In this document: positions 28,847 through 38,651 of the stretch, in pieces | Layout: each line of letters opens with the position of its first letter | Position numbering within the stretch: position 1 is the stretch's first letter | NCBI GenBank assembly: GCA_964445525.1 | Contig: CAYULA010000002.1 | Location: 34,576 to 98,575, forward strand | Direction of reading: 5' to 3' | DNA from: an uncultured Thermoplasmatales archaeon | GTDB taxonomy: Archaea; Thermoplasmatota; Penumbrarchaeia; Penumbrarchaeales; Penumbrarchaeaceae | DNA length: 64,000 nucleotides | Position numbers and translations under genes: made by a program | The notes under the pieces: generated by a model | The model's database searches: none | The model's input: the letters and a program-made list of their open reading frames with translations, nothing else | Told to the model about the DNA's origin: nothing

Positions 28847-28957
28847 GGGGCCAGGCTCCTGGGGGTGGTAGGATATATATCTAATAAATCTGGTTATAAC
28901 TAATTTACCACTGAATGGGTGAGCAATATTTATATTCCATACCCTTTGGGCGCCACA

Positions 28958-30022
28958 ATGGACCTCGATCTCTTCGATTATGATCTGCCCCAGGAGATGA
29001 TCGCACAATCGAAATCTTATCCCAGGGATATGTCCCGTCTCTTCCATCTCGATGCCAGGGGAGCTGTTTCGAGGTATCGGCATATGAGGTTCAAGGATAT
29101 CGTTGAAAAGCTTGACCCCGGTGATATCCTGATTTTGAATCGCTCCAGGGTGATCCCAGCGAGGATAAGGACCAGGAAACCCACCGGGGGAAGGTCCGAG
29201 GTATTGCTCCTTGGAAGATCGGGCCGATTTGATTGGGAAGCACTTGTCGGCGGGAAAAGGATCGAGGAAGGCATGGTTCTACTCACCAAAGTGGGTGACA
29301 TGCGGATATCCGTGGAAAGGAGATTGGAAGAGGGAAGGTGCATGGTTTGCTTTTACCGGGACGGAGAGAAGGTTCCCCACCATGAAGTTCTGGAATGGCT
29401 CAGTGAATTCGGGCTGATGCCAACTCCCCCATACATCAAAAGGATGCTCTCCGATCCCGAGGAGTATCAGACGGTTTACGGCAACATAGAGGGATCGGTT
29501 GCCGCTCCAACCGCTGGACTTCACTTCACGGACGAGCTGTTGGAGAGCATCAGGAAAAAAGGAGTGGAGGTGTTGTTTGTTGTACTCCATGTCGGGTTGG
29601 GTACTTTCGCTCCTGTCAAATCCGCCAACATCAAGGATCACGTTATGGAGGAAGAGGAATACCTGGTACCTCCGGAAGTTGCTGAAAAGATAAGGGAAGC
29701 GATCTCTGATCATGATAAAGGCAAAAAGAGGATATGGGCAGTGGGGACAACCGTCATGAGAACACTGGAATCCGCATTCGACGGCAATGGAAATCTTGTG
29801 AAATCATCGGGAAGAACCGGACTCTATATCACCCCCGGATATCAATTCAAGATTCCATACAAGGGTTTCATCACCAATTTCCATCTTCCGAGGTCCACCC
29901 CTCTGATACTTGTCTCGGCCTTTCACAACCGGGAGGGAATTCTGGATGCTTACGAGGAGGCAAAGAGGGTGGGATACAGGTTCTATTCACTCGGTGATTC
30001 CATGATGATAAGGAAGGGATGA
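28958..30022 (+). CDS. queA: S-adenosylmethionine:tRNA ribosyltransferase-isomerase
   Basis: FDYDLP..MIAQ, PPYI, YQTVY, GSVAAPTAGLHF, LHVGLGTF, AVGTT, TNFHLPRST and YRFYSLGD. Confidence 0.96.
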   Translation: MDLDLFDYDLPQEMIAQSKSYPRDMSRLFHLDARGAVSRYRHMRFKDIVEKLDPGDILILNRSRVIPARIRTRKPTGGRSEVLLLGRSGRFDWEALVGGKRIEEGMVLLTKVGDMRISVERRLEEGRCMVCFYRDGEKVPHHEVLEWLSEFGLMPTPPYIKRMLSDPEEYQTVYGNIEGSVAAPTAGLHFTDELLESIRKKGVEVLFVVLHVGLGTFAPVKSANIKDHVMEEEEYLVPPEVAEKIREAISDHDKGKKRIWAVGTTVMRTLESAFDGNGNLVKSSGRTGLYITPGYQFKIPYKGFITNFHLPRSTPLILVSAFHNREGILDAYEEAKRVGYRFYSLGDSMMIRKG

Positions 30023-31161
30023 TGATGACCGTTTTCAGGCTAGAGAGAGGTGGAAGTAAAGGTCCAAGGGCCGGGATATTGAACCTCCCATCGGGGATCT
30101 CCGTCGAGACACCGCTTTTCATGCCGGTTGCCACCAAGATGTCGGTGAAAACCCTGGAACCCGATGAACTGGCAAGGACCGGAACGGGCACCGTGATAAC
30201 AAACGGTTTTCTATCGTCATTGGAACCCGGGAGCGAGGTCATAAGGACCATGGGCGGAATGCATGCGATGATGGGCTGGGACGGGGGCATCTTCTCGGAC
30301 TCGGGAGGCTTCCAGTTCATAAGGAAGGGATTCGATGCCGATGTATCCGATGAAGGTGTGGGGTTGAGGTCCCCCTTTAACGGGGAGAAGGTATTCATAA
30401 CCCCGGAAAGCGTTGTTGATATGCATACCAGGCACGGGGTGGATGTTGGCATGGTCCTTGATCATTGCCCCCCCTATCCTTCCACAAAGGAGGATCTCTC
30501 CGCTTCATCCAACCGGACCATCTATTGGGCCAGGAGATCCATTCTCAGGTTAAAGGATAATAAATTGAATGATATGCTGCCCCCGGGAAAGAAACCTCCT
30601 CTCCTGTTTGCGATCACCCAGGGAGGGACGGATTCGTCCACGAGGAAGAAGTGCACGGAAAGCCTCGTTGAGATGGATTTTCCCGGGTACGGAATAGGGG
30701 GCCTTTCCATTGGAGAATCCAAAACGGAGACCTTCAGGTCCCTGGAGGCATCGACCTCCCTCATTCCGGAGGAGAGACCGAGGTATTTCATGGGGGTGGG
30801 GGACCCTGACGATATGATCAGATCTATTATGGCGGGGGTGGATATCTTCGACAGCGTCTTCCCCACCAGGAATGCAAGGCACAGGTCTGTTTTTACCCAT
30901 TCTGGCAGGGAGAATATCAGGGCCTCGGGATGGAAGGGAAAAGAGGACCCGATCAGGAAGGAATGTATGTGTGATACATGCAGGAGATTCTCCAGGGCAT
31001 ACCTGTATCATCTTTTCAAGGCAGGGGAGCCGCTGGGTCCCAGATTGGCGACCGTGCACAACATTTTCTATCTTCAGGAACTCGTTTCCAGAATAAGGAA
31101 GCTCATATTTGAAGATGATATGAAAGGAACCTTGACTTCCACTGGAGTAATGGACCCTTGA
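30019..31161 (+). CDS. tgt: tRNA-guanine transglycosylase, bacterial (queuosine) type
   Basis: TPLFMPV, DSGGFQ, LDHCP, GGLSIGE, PRYFMGVG, DIFD, PTRNAR and Zn site CMCDTC...HN. 380 aa with no C-terminal PUA extension. Confidence 0.93.
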   Translation: MMMTVFRLERGGSKGPRAGILNLPSGISVETPLFMPVATKMSVKTLEPDELARTGTGTVITNGFLSSLEPGSEVIRTMGGMHAMMGWDGGIFSDSGGFQFIRKGFDADVSDEGVGLRSPFNGEKVFITPESVVDMHTRHGVDVGMVLDHCPPYPSTKEDLSASSNRTIYWARRSILRLKDNKLNDMLPPGKKPPLLFAITQGGTDSSTRKKCTESLVEMDFPGYGIGGLSIGESKTETFRSLEASTSLIPEERPRYFMGVGDPDDMIRSIMAGVDIFDSVFPTRNARHRSVFTHSGRENIRASGWKGKEDPIRKECMCDTCRRFSRAYLYHLFKAGEPLGPRLATVHNIFYLQELVSRIRKLIFEDDMKGTLTSTGVMDP

Positions 31162-31271
31162 GGAAACTCGGTGCATAATTCAATGGAACGGCTGAATAAT
31201 ATACATCTATACGAAAAATTGCAATAATTCGTCAATAAGTGAACTTATTGTAGAGGTTTATCAGTTGTTCC

Positions 31272-31288
31272 GAAAAACTCTTATATAT
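31272..31288 (+). promoter_or_regulatory. BRE/TATA promoter candidate for the 31383 surface-protein gene
   Basis: gaaaaactc-ttatatat; SD gaggtg at 31372. Confidence 0.5.
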
Positions 31289-31382
31289 CATCTATTTTCA
31301 TTGGCGGGTCATGGCACTGTATTCCAAAAATGTGCCTATACCTATGGATAGGGACCTATAAAGGATCATAAGAGGTGTTAGT

Positions 31383-33971
31383 ATGGATACAAAGAACAAT
31401 AGAAAAATGGGGATGGCAGCTTCTGTCATTGTCATATTGATGGGAATGGCAGCCCTGGGATTATTCGTTCCGGGCCAGGCCAACGGAGATGCGGTATGGG
31501 ATGGCCATCTGGTCAGTTCTGCATCGGTGGACCCTACATGGGTCTACAGCACCTCAACGGTTGATGTCAACATATCATATTCACTTGCTCCCGAGGATAT
31601 GAATCTGGAGCTTTCAAATCTGACCATAACCGTTGTGGAAGTAAGTTCGGGAGTCCTTCCGATGCCGATCTATAACTGGAACAGGACAGGAGACGGCGGA
31701 ATGCCGGACAATCCTTATACCTGGTCCCTGGACGGAAGCCAGGGAATAGGTGATTGGATCATCAACGTTACCGCGGATTATCACAACTCCACTCTGGGAG
31801 ATGATCATTACGGTTCCGAAGAGATCCATTTTCAGGTGATCGACGGAACCCACATCATACAGGATATATCCGCCGAACCCAAAATAGTGAAAAACAACGG
31901 AATGGACATGGTCAACATGAGTTTCATGTTCAACAGGAACTTCGACGAGATGGACATGGACAGGACAGAGGCCATGTTCTTCCACGTGGATACCATGTCA
32001 TGGGTCGATGACGAGACCCTGATGGTTCCCGAGCCCGCACCCGAAAATATCACAGACGGATTCCACAACTCATCTGTCTGGTCACACATGACCATACCCG
32101 AGGACCTCCCTGTGGGCGAATACAAGTTCTACTTCAACTTCTTCGACAGGTGGGGATACAATGAATCCATAAACGAGACCGTCTTCGAGGTCATCTGGAA
32201 AGAGCTCCCGCCGGTGATGGTGAACGATACCATCTACATACACGAGGATGGATTCGAGATAGTCGATCTCGATGATCACTTCGAGGATGTCAACGGACAG
32301 GAGCTGATGTATTACATCAACATGTCTCAATTCGAGAACCTGATGATAACCTGGGAAGATGAGGCAGAAAACCATATCAACGTGACCGCCGCCGAGAACT
32401 ATTTCGGCACGGAGACCTTTGACCTCAATGTCACAGATGGAATAGACATGCCCGGTCACAACGTGACCTTCACCATGACGGTCAATGTCATGCCTGTGGA
32501 GGATCCGTTGATGCCGGCAGAGGACCTCACCATCGAGGTCAACGAGGTCACCAAGGAAGCCCTGTTCAATCCCCAGGATCTCTTCTACGATCCTGACGGC
32601 CCCGCCGAATTCACGGTATCGCTCGGCACCGAGATGGTGAACGTCTCCGGCAACATGACCGAGATGCCCGCATGGACCTGGACGGATGGCAACTTCTCCA
32701 TTGCGATCAACGAGACCGACAACACCGTTGGAACAGCGATCATATTGGAGGACATGGAAGAGGGAATGGCAAACTTCCCAATCTATGCGTGGATGAACGA
32801 ATCCATCGTGCTCATGGAAGAGGCAACCGTGATGGTCCAGGAGGTCAACGACGTCCCGATGCCCCTGAACGACACCTTAACGATGTTCAAGAACGAACCC
32901 TTCACAGGGAATCTCTCGGAACTGTTCATGGACCCCGACAGCGAGATGCTGAACTTCACGGTCAATGACACCATGGCCGAGAATGTTGCGGTGGAGTATG
33001 ACTGGATGACCCATACGCTGACGATCACTCCTATATTGAATTGGACAGGAACCACCACCTTCATGGTTAATGCCACAGACGGTATCGATTATCAGGAATA
33101 CACCATGAACGTTGAGGTGATCCTCAGGTCCTACGAGGTCAGCGGAACCATAACCTTCGAGGAGGTTGCCGGTGTCGATGTGAACCTCTCAAACGTCACC
33201 ATGATGATAGGTGAGACCGAGGTGGTCCTGGCGGATGACGGAACCTTCTCGGTCATGATCGAAGAGGGAGACTACGAAGTCACTCTCGAGATACCTGATG
33301 AACTCACCTATTCCGAGGCTGATGAGAGGTCCGGTTACGAGATCCCGACCCTGGATCCCATCAATCTTACAGCGGATGAGACCTACGATGTGTCTGTTAC
33401 CTACATGGAATACAATGCATCAGCCGGGGAGGCCTCCTGGGATGATCTCGACTTCGAGAATGTGGAGTTCGACGACGACGATGACCTCATGGTCATGCTT
33501 CCCGTCATGGAGGGCACAGAGAACTACACCGGATGGGACACATTCGTTGTCAAGCTGGTCATAAGGGAGTCAGATGACGAGGAGCTCAACTTCACCATGA
33601 CCTGGGACGACGATAACGACAGGTTCACCGTCACCCTAACTGACGAGGACCTGGAGGACCTTGGTGATGGCAAGAAGGAATATTACTTCATGAACGAGGA
33701 CGGGACCCTCACATCGGATGAGGAGAAGTACGAGTTCAAGAGCGAGGACGAGAACGCAGGTCCCATGACCATCATAATTCTCGTCGCATTGATCCTTCTG
33801 GTGCTCATTGCCCTTATCTTCATCATGAGGAAGCCTTCAGAAGAGGACTTCGATGAGGAAGAGGAAGATGAGGAGGAAGAGGGGAGGACCTGCCCCGGAT
33901 GCGGTGAGACCGTAACCGACGATGAAGCAGAGGAATGCCCCTACTGCGGTGAGGACCTCGAAGAAGAGTAA
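31383..33971 (+). CDS. acidic cell-surface glycoprotein with cadherin/Ig-like repeats, TM and cytoplasmic zinc ribbon
   Basis: Signal peptide, many N-x-S/T sequons, VNDVP-type linkers, TM IIILVALILLVLIALIFIM and CPGCG...CPYCG. Confidence 0.8.
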   Translation: MDTKNNRKMGMAASVIVILMGMAALGLFVPGQANGDAVWDGHLVSSASVDPTWVYSTSTVDVNISYSLAPEDMNLELSNLTITVVEVSSGVLPMPIYNWNRTGDGGMPDNPYTWSLDGSQGIGDWIINVTADYHNSTLGDDHYGSEEIHFQVIDGTHIIQDISAEPKIVKNNGMDMVNMSFMFNRNFDEMDMDRTEAMFFHVDTMSWVDDETLMVPEPAPENITDGFHNSSVWSHMTIPEDLPVGEYKFYFNFFDRWGYNESINETVFEVIWKELPPVMVNDTIYIHEDGFEIVDLDDHFEDVNGQELMYYINMSQFENLMITWEDEAENHINVTAAENYFGTETFDLNVTDGIDMPGHNVTFTMTVNVMPVEDPLMPAEDLTIEVNEVTKEALFNPQDLFYDPDGPAEFTVSLGTEMVNVSGNMTEMPAWTWTDGNFSIAINETDNTVGTAIILEDMEEGMANFPIYAWMNESIVLMEEATVMVQEVNDVPMPLNDTLTMFKNEPFTGNLSELFMDPDSEMLNFTVNDTMAENVAVEYDWMTHTLTITPILNWTGTTTFMVNATDGIDYQEYTMNVEVILRSYEVSGTITFEEVAGVDVNLSNVTMMIGETEVVLADDGTFSVMIEEGDYEVTLEIPDELTYSEADERSGYEIPTLDPINLTADETYDVSVTYMEYNASAGEASWDDLDFENVEFDDDDDLMVMLPVMEGTENYTGWDTFVVKLVIRESDDEELNFTMTWDDDNDRFTVTLTDEDLEDLGDGKKEYYFMNEDGTLTSDEEKYEFKSEDENAGPMTIIILVALILLVLIALIFIMRKPSEEDFDEEEEDEEEEGRTCPGCGETVTDDEAEECPYCGEDLEEE

Positions 33972-33998
33972 TCAAGCCAGAGCAAGGTGGATATTCCG

Positions 33999-34025
33999 GG
34001 GGCTTCTTTCGAGGCCCCTTTTTTT
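33999..34025 (+). terminator. hairpin plus U-tract terminator
   Basis: ggggcttc-tttc-gaggcccc-ttttttt just after the 33971 stop. Confidence 0.75.
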
Positions 34026-34125
34026 ATGTACATTTACAAGTAATGTTTATAAATAAAAAGATGTTTTTAATTAAGTCCAGTGTCCTGTAATTGAGGGCAG
34101 GAACAACTCTGATGGGTGAGGGAAG

Positions 34126-37100
34126 ATGAAACGAGAGGTATTCGCGGTACTGATTACATTCGGATTGTTATTGGTAACTGGAGAATCAGTTTTCGGTATA
34201 ATTGCCGAAAATGAGGATATTGAACCCATGATTCCAGAATTTGATTTTCAGTTTTCAGGAGGAAATGGGACCAAAATCAATCCATACAAAATCTCGAACA
34301 TAACGGAGCTCCAATGGATGGGAAATACGTCGAATCTGGATAAACATTTCATTTTTATAAACGATATCAATGCATCCGCAACTTTAACCTGGAATGGAGG
34401 AAATGGATTCGATCCGGTTGGTGATTCAAGCAACCGCTTCGATGGCTCGATTAACGGCAATGGTTACAAAATAATAAATTTATTAATAAACAGATCGAGT
34501 GATGACTTTGTAGGGTTGGTAGGTGATCTTGGAGTAACAGGATATCTCTCCAATATCACAATGCTAAATGCCTCGATAAATGGCGAGGACATTTGCGGAA
34601 TTCTTGCTGGCAGATCTTTCAAAGGAACAATTCATAATTGCTCCGTAAACGGATCGGTGAAAGGATCAACAAATATCGGAGGTTTGGTTGGCAGAAACCA
34701 TGAAGGAAAAATTTCAAATTGCTTTTCTGGTTGTAATGTAATCGGGAGGGGACAGAAAATTGGAGGTATGGTAGGTTATAATGAAGATGCAAAAACTTTT
34801 GAAAACTGTAGTTCAAGATCTTATGTTAAGGGAACTGAAAATGTTGGAGGATTGATTGGAGATAATGAAGGATCATTTATTGAATGGTCGAATTCAACAT
34901 CCATGGTGATTGGAACCGGAGCTGTGGGAGGTTTAATCGGGTATAATCATTTTTATTCAAGAATTACTAATTGTCATTCGAGATTTGAAATAAATTCCAC
35001 AAGAGATAATATTGGAGGACTTATCGGGAAGAATCAAAACAACTGTCCAATATTCCACAGTGGTTCAATTGGAAAAATAAATGGTAGGAATCAACTTGGA
35101 GGAATTGCAGGTTACAACAATCAAAAAATCATCAATTCATCCTCAGAGGTTGAAATAACAGGTCAAAGTATGATTGGAGGTTTAGTAGGAGAAAATCATG
35201 GAGAAATAAGGAATTGCACGGCTGATGCTGAAATTGAAGGTGTCCAAAGATTAGGAGGATTGGTTGGTGATGGTAGGGACAAATCGATTTATGATAGTAT
35301 ATCTTATGGAAATGTTACAGGAACCACTTACTATATCGGAGGATTTGTAGGTGGTATTATTTCGATTGATGTAATCAATTGTCGATCATATGCTAATGTT
35401 AATTCAACAGGAGAATATGTTGGTGGATTTGCGGGTTATCCAAGTTTATCTAATATAAAGAATAGTTTATCCGATTGTGAAGTAAAGGGAGAAACCAACG
35501 TGGGAGGTTTTTTAGGTGTAAACTCTTATTGTATCATTGAAAATTGTCATTCATTTGGATGGGTTAACAGTACAAAGGATTATACTGGCGGTTTCATAGG
35601 ATTGAATTTAGGTACGATATCAAATTGTTCCTCCCTTTCAAATGTTAACGGAAAGAAATCCACTGGAGGTTTAATTGGAAAGAACAATAATAATTATGAA
35701 ATTAAGGAATGTTTCTCCAATGGTAATGTTACAGGAACCGATTACATAGGTGGTTTAATTGGTGAGAATTACGGTAAAATCTTGAATTGTTATTCTCAAG
35801 GTGGTGTGAATGGACCTATGAATAAATTGGCATATTTTGGTGGTTTATTAGGATATAATAACGGTAGAGTAACAAATTCGTATTCCACAGGAAAAGTAAC
35901 CGGAACATTTAGGAAAGGATTCATTGGTGATAATTACGGAACAGTTCAAAATAGCTTTTGGGACTATGAATCTTCAGGAGTTACATATAGTGACGGTGGA
36001 ACAGGAAAAAACTCTTCCGAGATGAAATCTCAGAACACATTTTCATCAGCAGGATGGGATTTCAACGAAACCTGGTACATTATTGAAGATGAAACCTATC
36101 CAATGTTATCCAATAATTTAATGGATTATTCCGTTCCGGTATTTCTTGATGATTATACAAATATTTCAGGGTCTACCGGGACCAATTTTACCTTTAACAT
36201 TAGTGTAACAGATAATATTGGTTTAAGTTTTGTAATGGTAGAATTCTGGTATGGCAATGGTTCGCATTTAGAAAAACAATTGAAGCTCAATAATACATAT
36301 AAAACCTTTACTGAATTGCCCGTTAATTCCACTGATACCCTATATTATTTTTTTCACGCAAGAGATTTCAAGGGAAATACTAATTCTACACCAATAAAAA
36401 ATGTAACAATCAATGATATTTTGATCCCGTTTTTTAGTAATGAAACAACACAAAATAATGGTACGACCGGTGATCAATTTCAATTCAAGATATATGCATA
36501 TGACAATATCGGTATCCAGAACGTATATTTGGAATATTGGTCAAACTTCACAAAGAAAACTAATGTTTCCATGGAGGAAAACGGTTATTTTATCAAAAAT
36601 ATACTTTTACCCTCCAATGTAACAAATATCTCTTATCAGTTCCATGCAGTGGATTTATCTTTCAATTGGAAAAGCACAGATGTAAAAACTTTATTAGTAT
36701 TGGATAACGACAAACCTCTATTTGGTAAGGACCTCACTGCTGATAACTGGACAACAGGAGATATTGTCGAATTTTCCATTATTGTACAGGATAATATCAA
36801 TGTCAATAGTGTCAAAATAGAATACTGGTTCGGTTCGGGACCTCGATTCAATGAATCCATGGTTTTCGATTCTGGATCCTATACCTTCGATCTCATGATC
36901 CCCCCGGATTCGCTTGATCAGCTTCACTACATCTTCCATGCGGTGGATACCTCGGGCAACTGGAACAGGACCGATCAGATCGATGTGGCTGTTCTGGATG
37001 ATGATAGACCAATCTTTGGTATGGATGGATCTGCGGTTCTGGGAACCACAGGTGAACAGTACCGTTTCGGAATCGGAGTGGTTGACAATATCGGTATCGA

Positions 37101-38634
37101 GGAGGTCAAGGTGGAATACTGGTTCGGAGAAGGGCCTCACACCAATGTCACAATGACCGGGGGCGGTCCTTTTTCCCACATTGCCGATATACCACTGGAT
37201 TCTTCAGAAACACTGCATTACATCTTCCACGCATCGGATACCTCCGGCAACTGGAACCATACCCCGCAGGTGGATGTGGATATACTTGACAACGATCTGC
37301 CGGCATTCATGGAGGATCTCTCAGATACCACGGCGACAACGGGTGATAATTTCTCTTTCGAGATCGAGGTGACTGACAACATCGGTATCTCCGATGTTTA
37401 CGTGGAGTACTGGTTCGGGACCGGAGACCATAACAATGAATCCATGATTTCAGTGGATTCCTTTGGTTTGAGAATCGAGATCCCATCCGACTCGGTGGAG
37501 AGGCTCAATTACATCTTCCATGCAGTGGATGAATCCGGGAACTGGGCACACACGGACCGGGTGGATATCCAGATCGCAGATAATGACATGCCGGAAATGA
37601 TCGCCGACGAGAGTCCGGACGAAGCTTTTACCGGAGAGGATCTGGAGATAATTATCCGTGCAACCGATAACATCGGGTTGGCAGAGGTCGAACTTATCTG
37701 GATGATCGGATCGGATATTGATGAACAAAGAGTCGATATGGACCTCGAGTCAGGGAATTATGTTCACACCATCCAGGTTCCGGTCGATACGGTTGATCCT
37801 CTCCGGTACGTGATGAGGATAATCGATACCTCGGGTAACATATTCGAATCGGATGAAGCAACCATTACCATAACTGACAGTATATCTCCAACCGTCGATC
37901 CTGTGGATGATATCACTGTTTATGATGGACAGGACCTCGATGTCAATGTAACAGGGTCGGATAATATCGGTATCGCTTCATATTCGTGGGAAGGAGCTCC
38001 CATCGATGCAGATGGTTCCGAACTGAAAGGGATCGTGACAGTTCCGGGTGATCATGATATCACTGTCACCATTTCCGATGAGGAGGGCAATACCGATTCC
38101 ACTACTTTCAGAGTCACGGTTCTTGCGGAGGACCATGACACTGATTCCGACGGCATCCCGGACCTAGTCGAAATGGAGTGGGGCCTCTCCATCGAGGATC
38201 CTTCGGATGGCGAGGAGGATGCAGATAATGACGGGATGTCCAATGCTCTGGAGTATGCGAACGGGACCCTTCCCTTTGATGATGATACCGATGATGACGG
38301 AATGCCGGACGGATGGGAGGACAGCTACGGCCTGGATCCAACGACCTCCTCTTCAGATAACGATGCCGATGGTGACGGCAAGACCGACCTTGAGGAGTAT
38401 CGGGAAGGTACCGATCCTCTGATCAAGGAAAAGGAAGATGACGATGATGGCGGAGGATCCCCGATAGTGATCATTGTGATCATCGCGGTTGTTATCCTCA
38501 TTGCTATCGGTCTTTTGCTGTTTTTCCTTACCAGAAAGAAGGAAGAAAAATTGGAAAATGAGCCCTCCGATGGTCAGGACACATCAGAAAATGCTATTGA
38601 GGATCCAAGAGATGATGAAAATGAAAATCCTTGA
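34126..38634 (+). CDS. GLUG-motif beta-helix surface protein with ~97-aa Ig-like repeats, Ca-binding DxDxDG repeats and C-terminal TM
   Basis: Many (I/V)GGL(V/I)G.N GLUG repeats, repeated DNIGI..V.VEYWFG...HYIFHA.D.SGNW units, DTDSDGIPD-type repeats and a TM followed by RKK. Confidence 0.85.
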   Translation: MKREVFAVLITFGLLLVTGESVFGIIAENEDIEPMIPEFDFQFSGGNGTKINPYKISNITELQWMGNTSNLDKHFIFINDINASATLTWNGGNGFDPVGDSSNRFDGSINGNGYKIINLLINRSSDDFVGLVGDLGVTGYLSNITMLNASINGEDICGILAGRSFKGTIHNCSVNGSVKGSTNIGGLVGRNHEGKISNCFSGCNVIGRGQKIGGMVGYNEDAKTFENCSSRSYVKGTENVGGLIGDNEGSFIEWSNSTSMVIGTGAVGGLIGYNHFYSRITNCHSRFEINSTRDNIGGLIGKNQNNCPIFHSGSIGKINGRNQLGGIAGYNNQKIINSSSEVEITGQSMIGGLVGENHGEIRNCTADAEIEGVQRLGGLVGDGRDKSIYDSISYGNVTGTTYYIGGFVGGIISIDVINCRSYANVNSTGEYVGGFAGYPSLSNIKNSLSDCEVKGETNVGGFLGVNSYCIIENCHSFGWVNSTKDYTGGFIGLNLGTISNCSSLSNVNGKKSTGGLIGKNNNNYEIKECFSNGNVTGTDYIGGLIGENYGKILNCYSQGGVNGPMNKLAYFGGLLGYNNGRVTNSYSTGKVTGTFRKGFIGDNYGTVQNSFWDYESSGVTYSDGGTGKNSSEMKSQNTFSSAGWDFNETWYIIEDETYPMLSNNLMDYSVPVFLDDYTNISGSTGTNFTFNISVTDNIGLSFVMVEFWYGNGSHLEKQLKLNNTYKTFTELPVNSTDTLYYFFHARDFKGNTNSTPIKNVTINDILIPFFSNETTQNNGTTGDQFQFKIYAYDNIGIQNVYLEYWSNFTKKTNVSMEENGYFIKNILLPSNVTNISYQFHAVDLSFNWKSTDVKTLLVLDNDKPLFGKDLTADNWTTGDIVEFSIIVQDNINVNSVKIEYWFGSGPRFNESMVFDSGSYTFDLMIPPDSLDQLHYIFHAVDTSGNWNRTDQIDVAVLDDDRPIFGMDGSAVLGTTGEQYRFGIGVVDNIGIEEVKVEYWFGEGPHTNVTMTGGGPFSHIADIPLDSSETLHYIFHASDTSGNWNHTPQVDVDILDNDLPAFMEDLSDTTATTGDNFSFEIEVTDNIGISDVYVEYWFGTGDHNNESMISVDSFGLRIEIPSDSVERLNYIFHAVDESGNWAHTDRVDIQIADNDMPEMIADESPDEAFTGEDLEIIIRATDNIGLAEVELIWMIGSDIDEQRVDMDLESGNYVHTIQVPVDTVDPLRYVMRIIDTSGNIFESDEATITITDSISPTVDPVDDITVYDGQDLDVNVTGSDNIGIASYSWEGAPIDADGSELKGIVTVPGDHDITVTISDEEGNTDSTTFRVTVLAEDHDTDSDGIPDLVEMEWGLSIEDPSDGEEDADNDGMSNALEYANGTLPFDDDTDDDGMPDGWEDSYGLDPTTSSSDNDADGDGKTDLEEYREGTDPLIKEKEDDDDGGGSPIVIIVIIAVVILIAIGLLLFFLTRKKEEKLENEPSDGQDTSENAIEDPRDDENENP
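36640..37545 (+). repeat. intragenic repeats with a 291-294 nt period
   Basis: ttcca(t/c)gc...gat blocks begin at 36640, 36934, 37225 and 37516. Confidence 0.8.
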
Positions 38635-38651
38635 AAAAGGTGTTTATATTT

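Noticed and set aside
28877..28904. dif-like pattern atatctaataa-atctgg-ttataactaat
   Set aside because: Only one arm resembles archaeal dif arms. It is adequately explained as AT-rich promoter sequence between divergent genes, and no Xer gene is nearby.
26126..29083. ORF-track 5' extensions, for example starts at 29083, 21885, 22075, 6142, 15408 and 63806
   Set aside because: They overlap neighbouring genes or promoters. Downstream starts fit signal peptides, SD motifs or family N-termini better.
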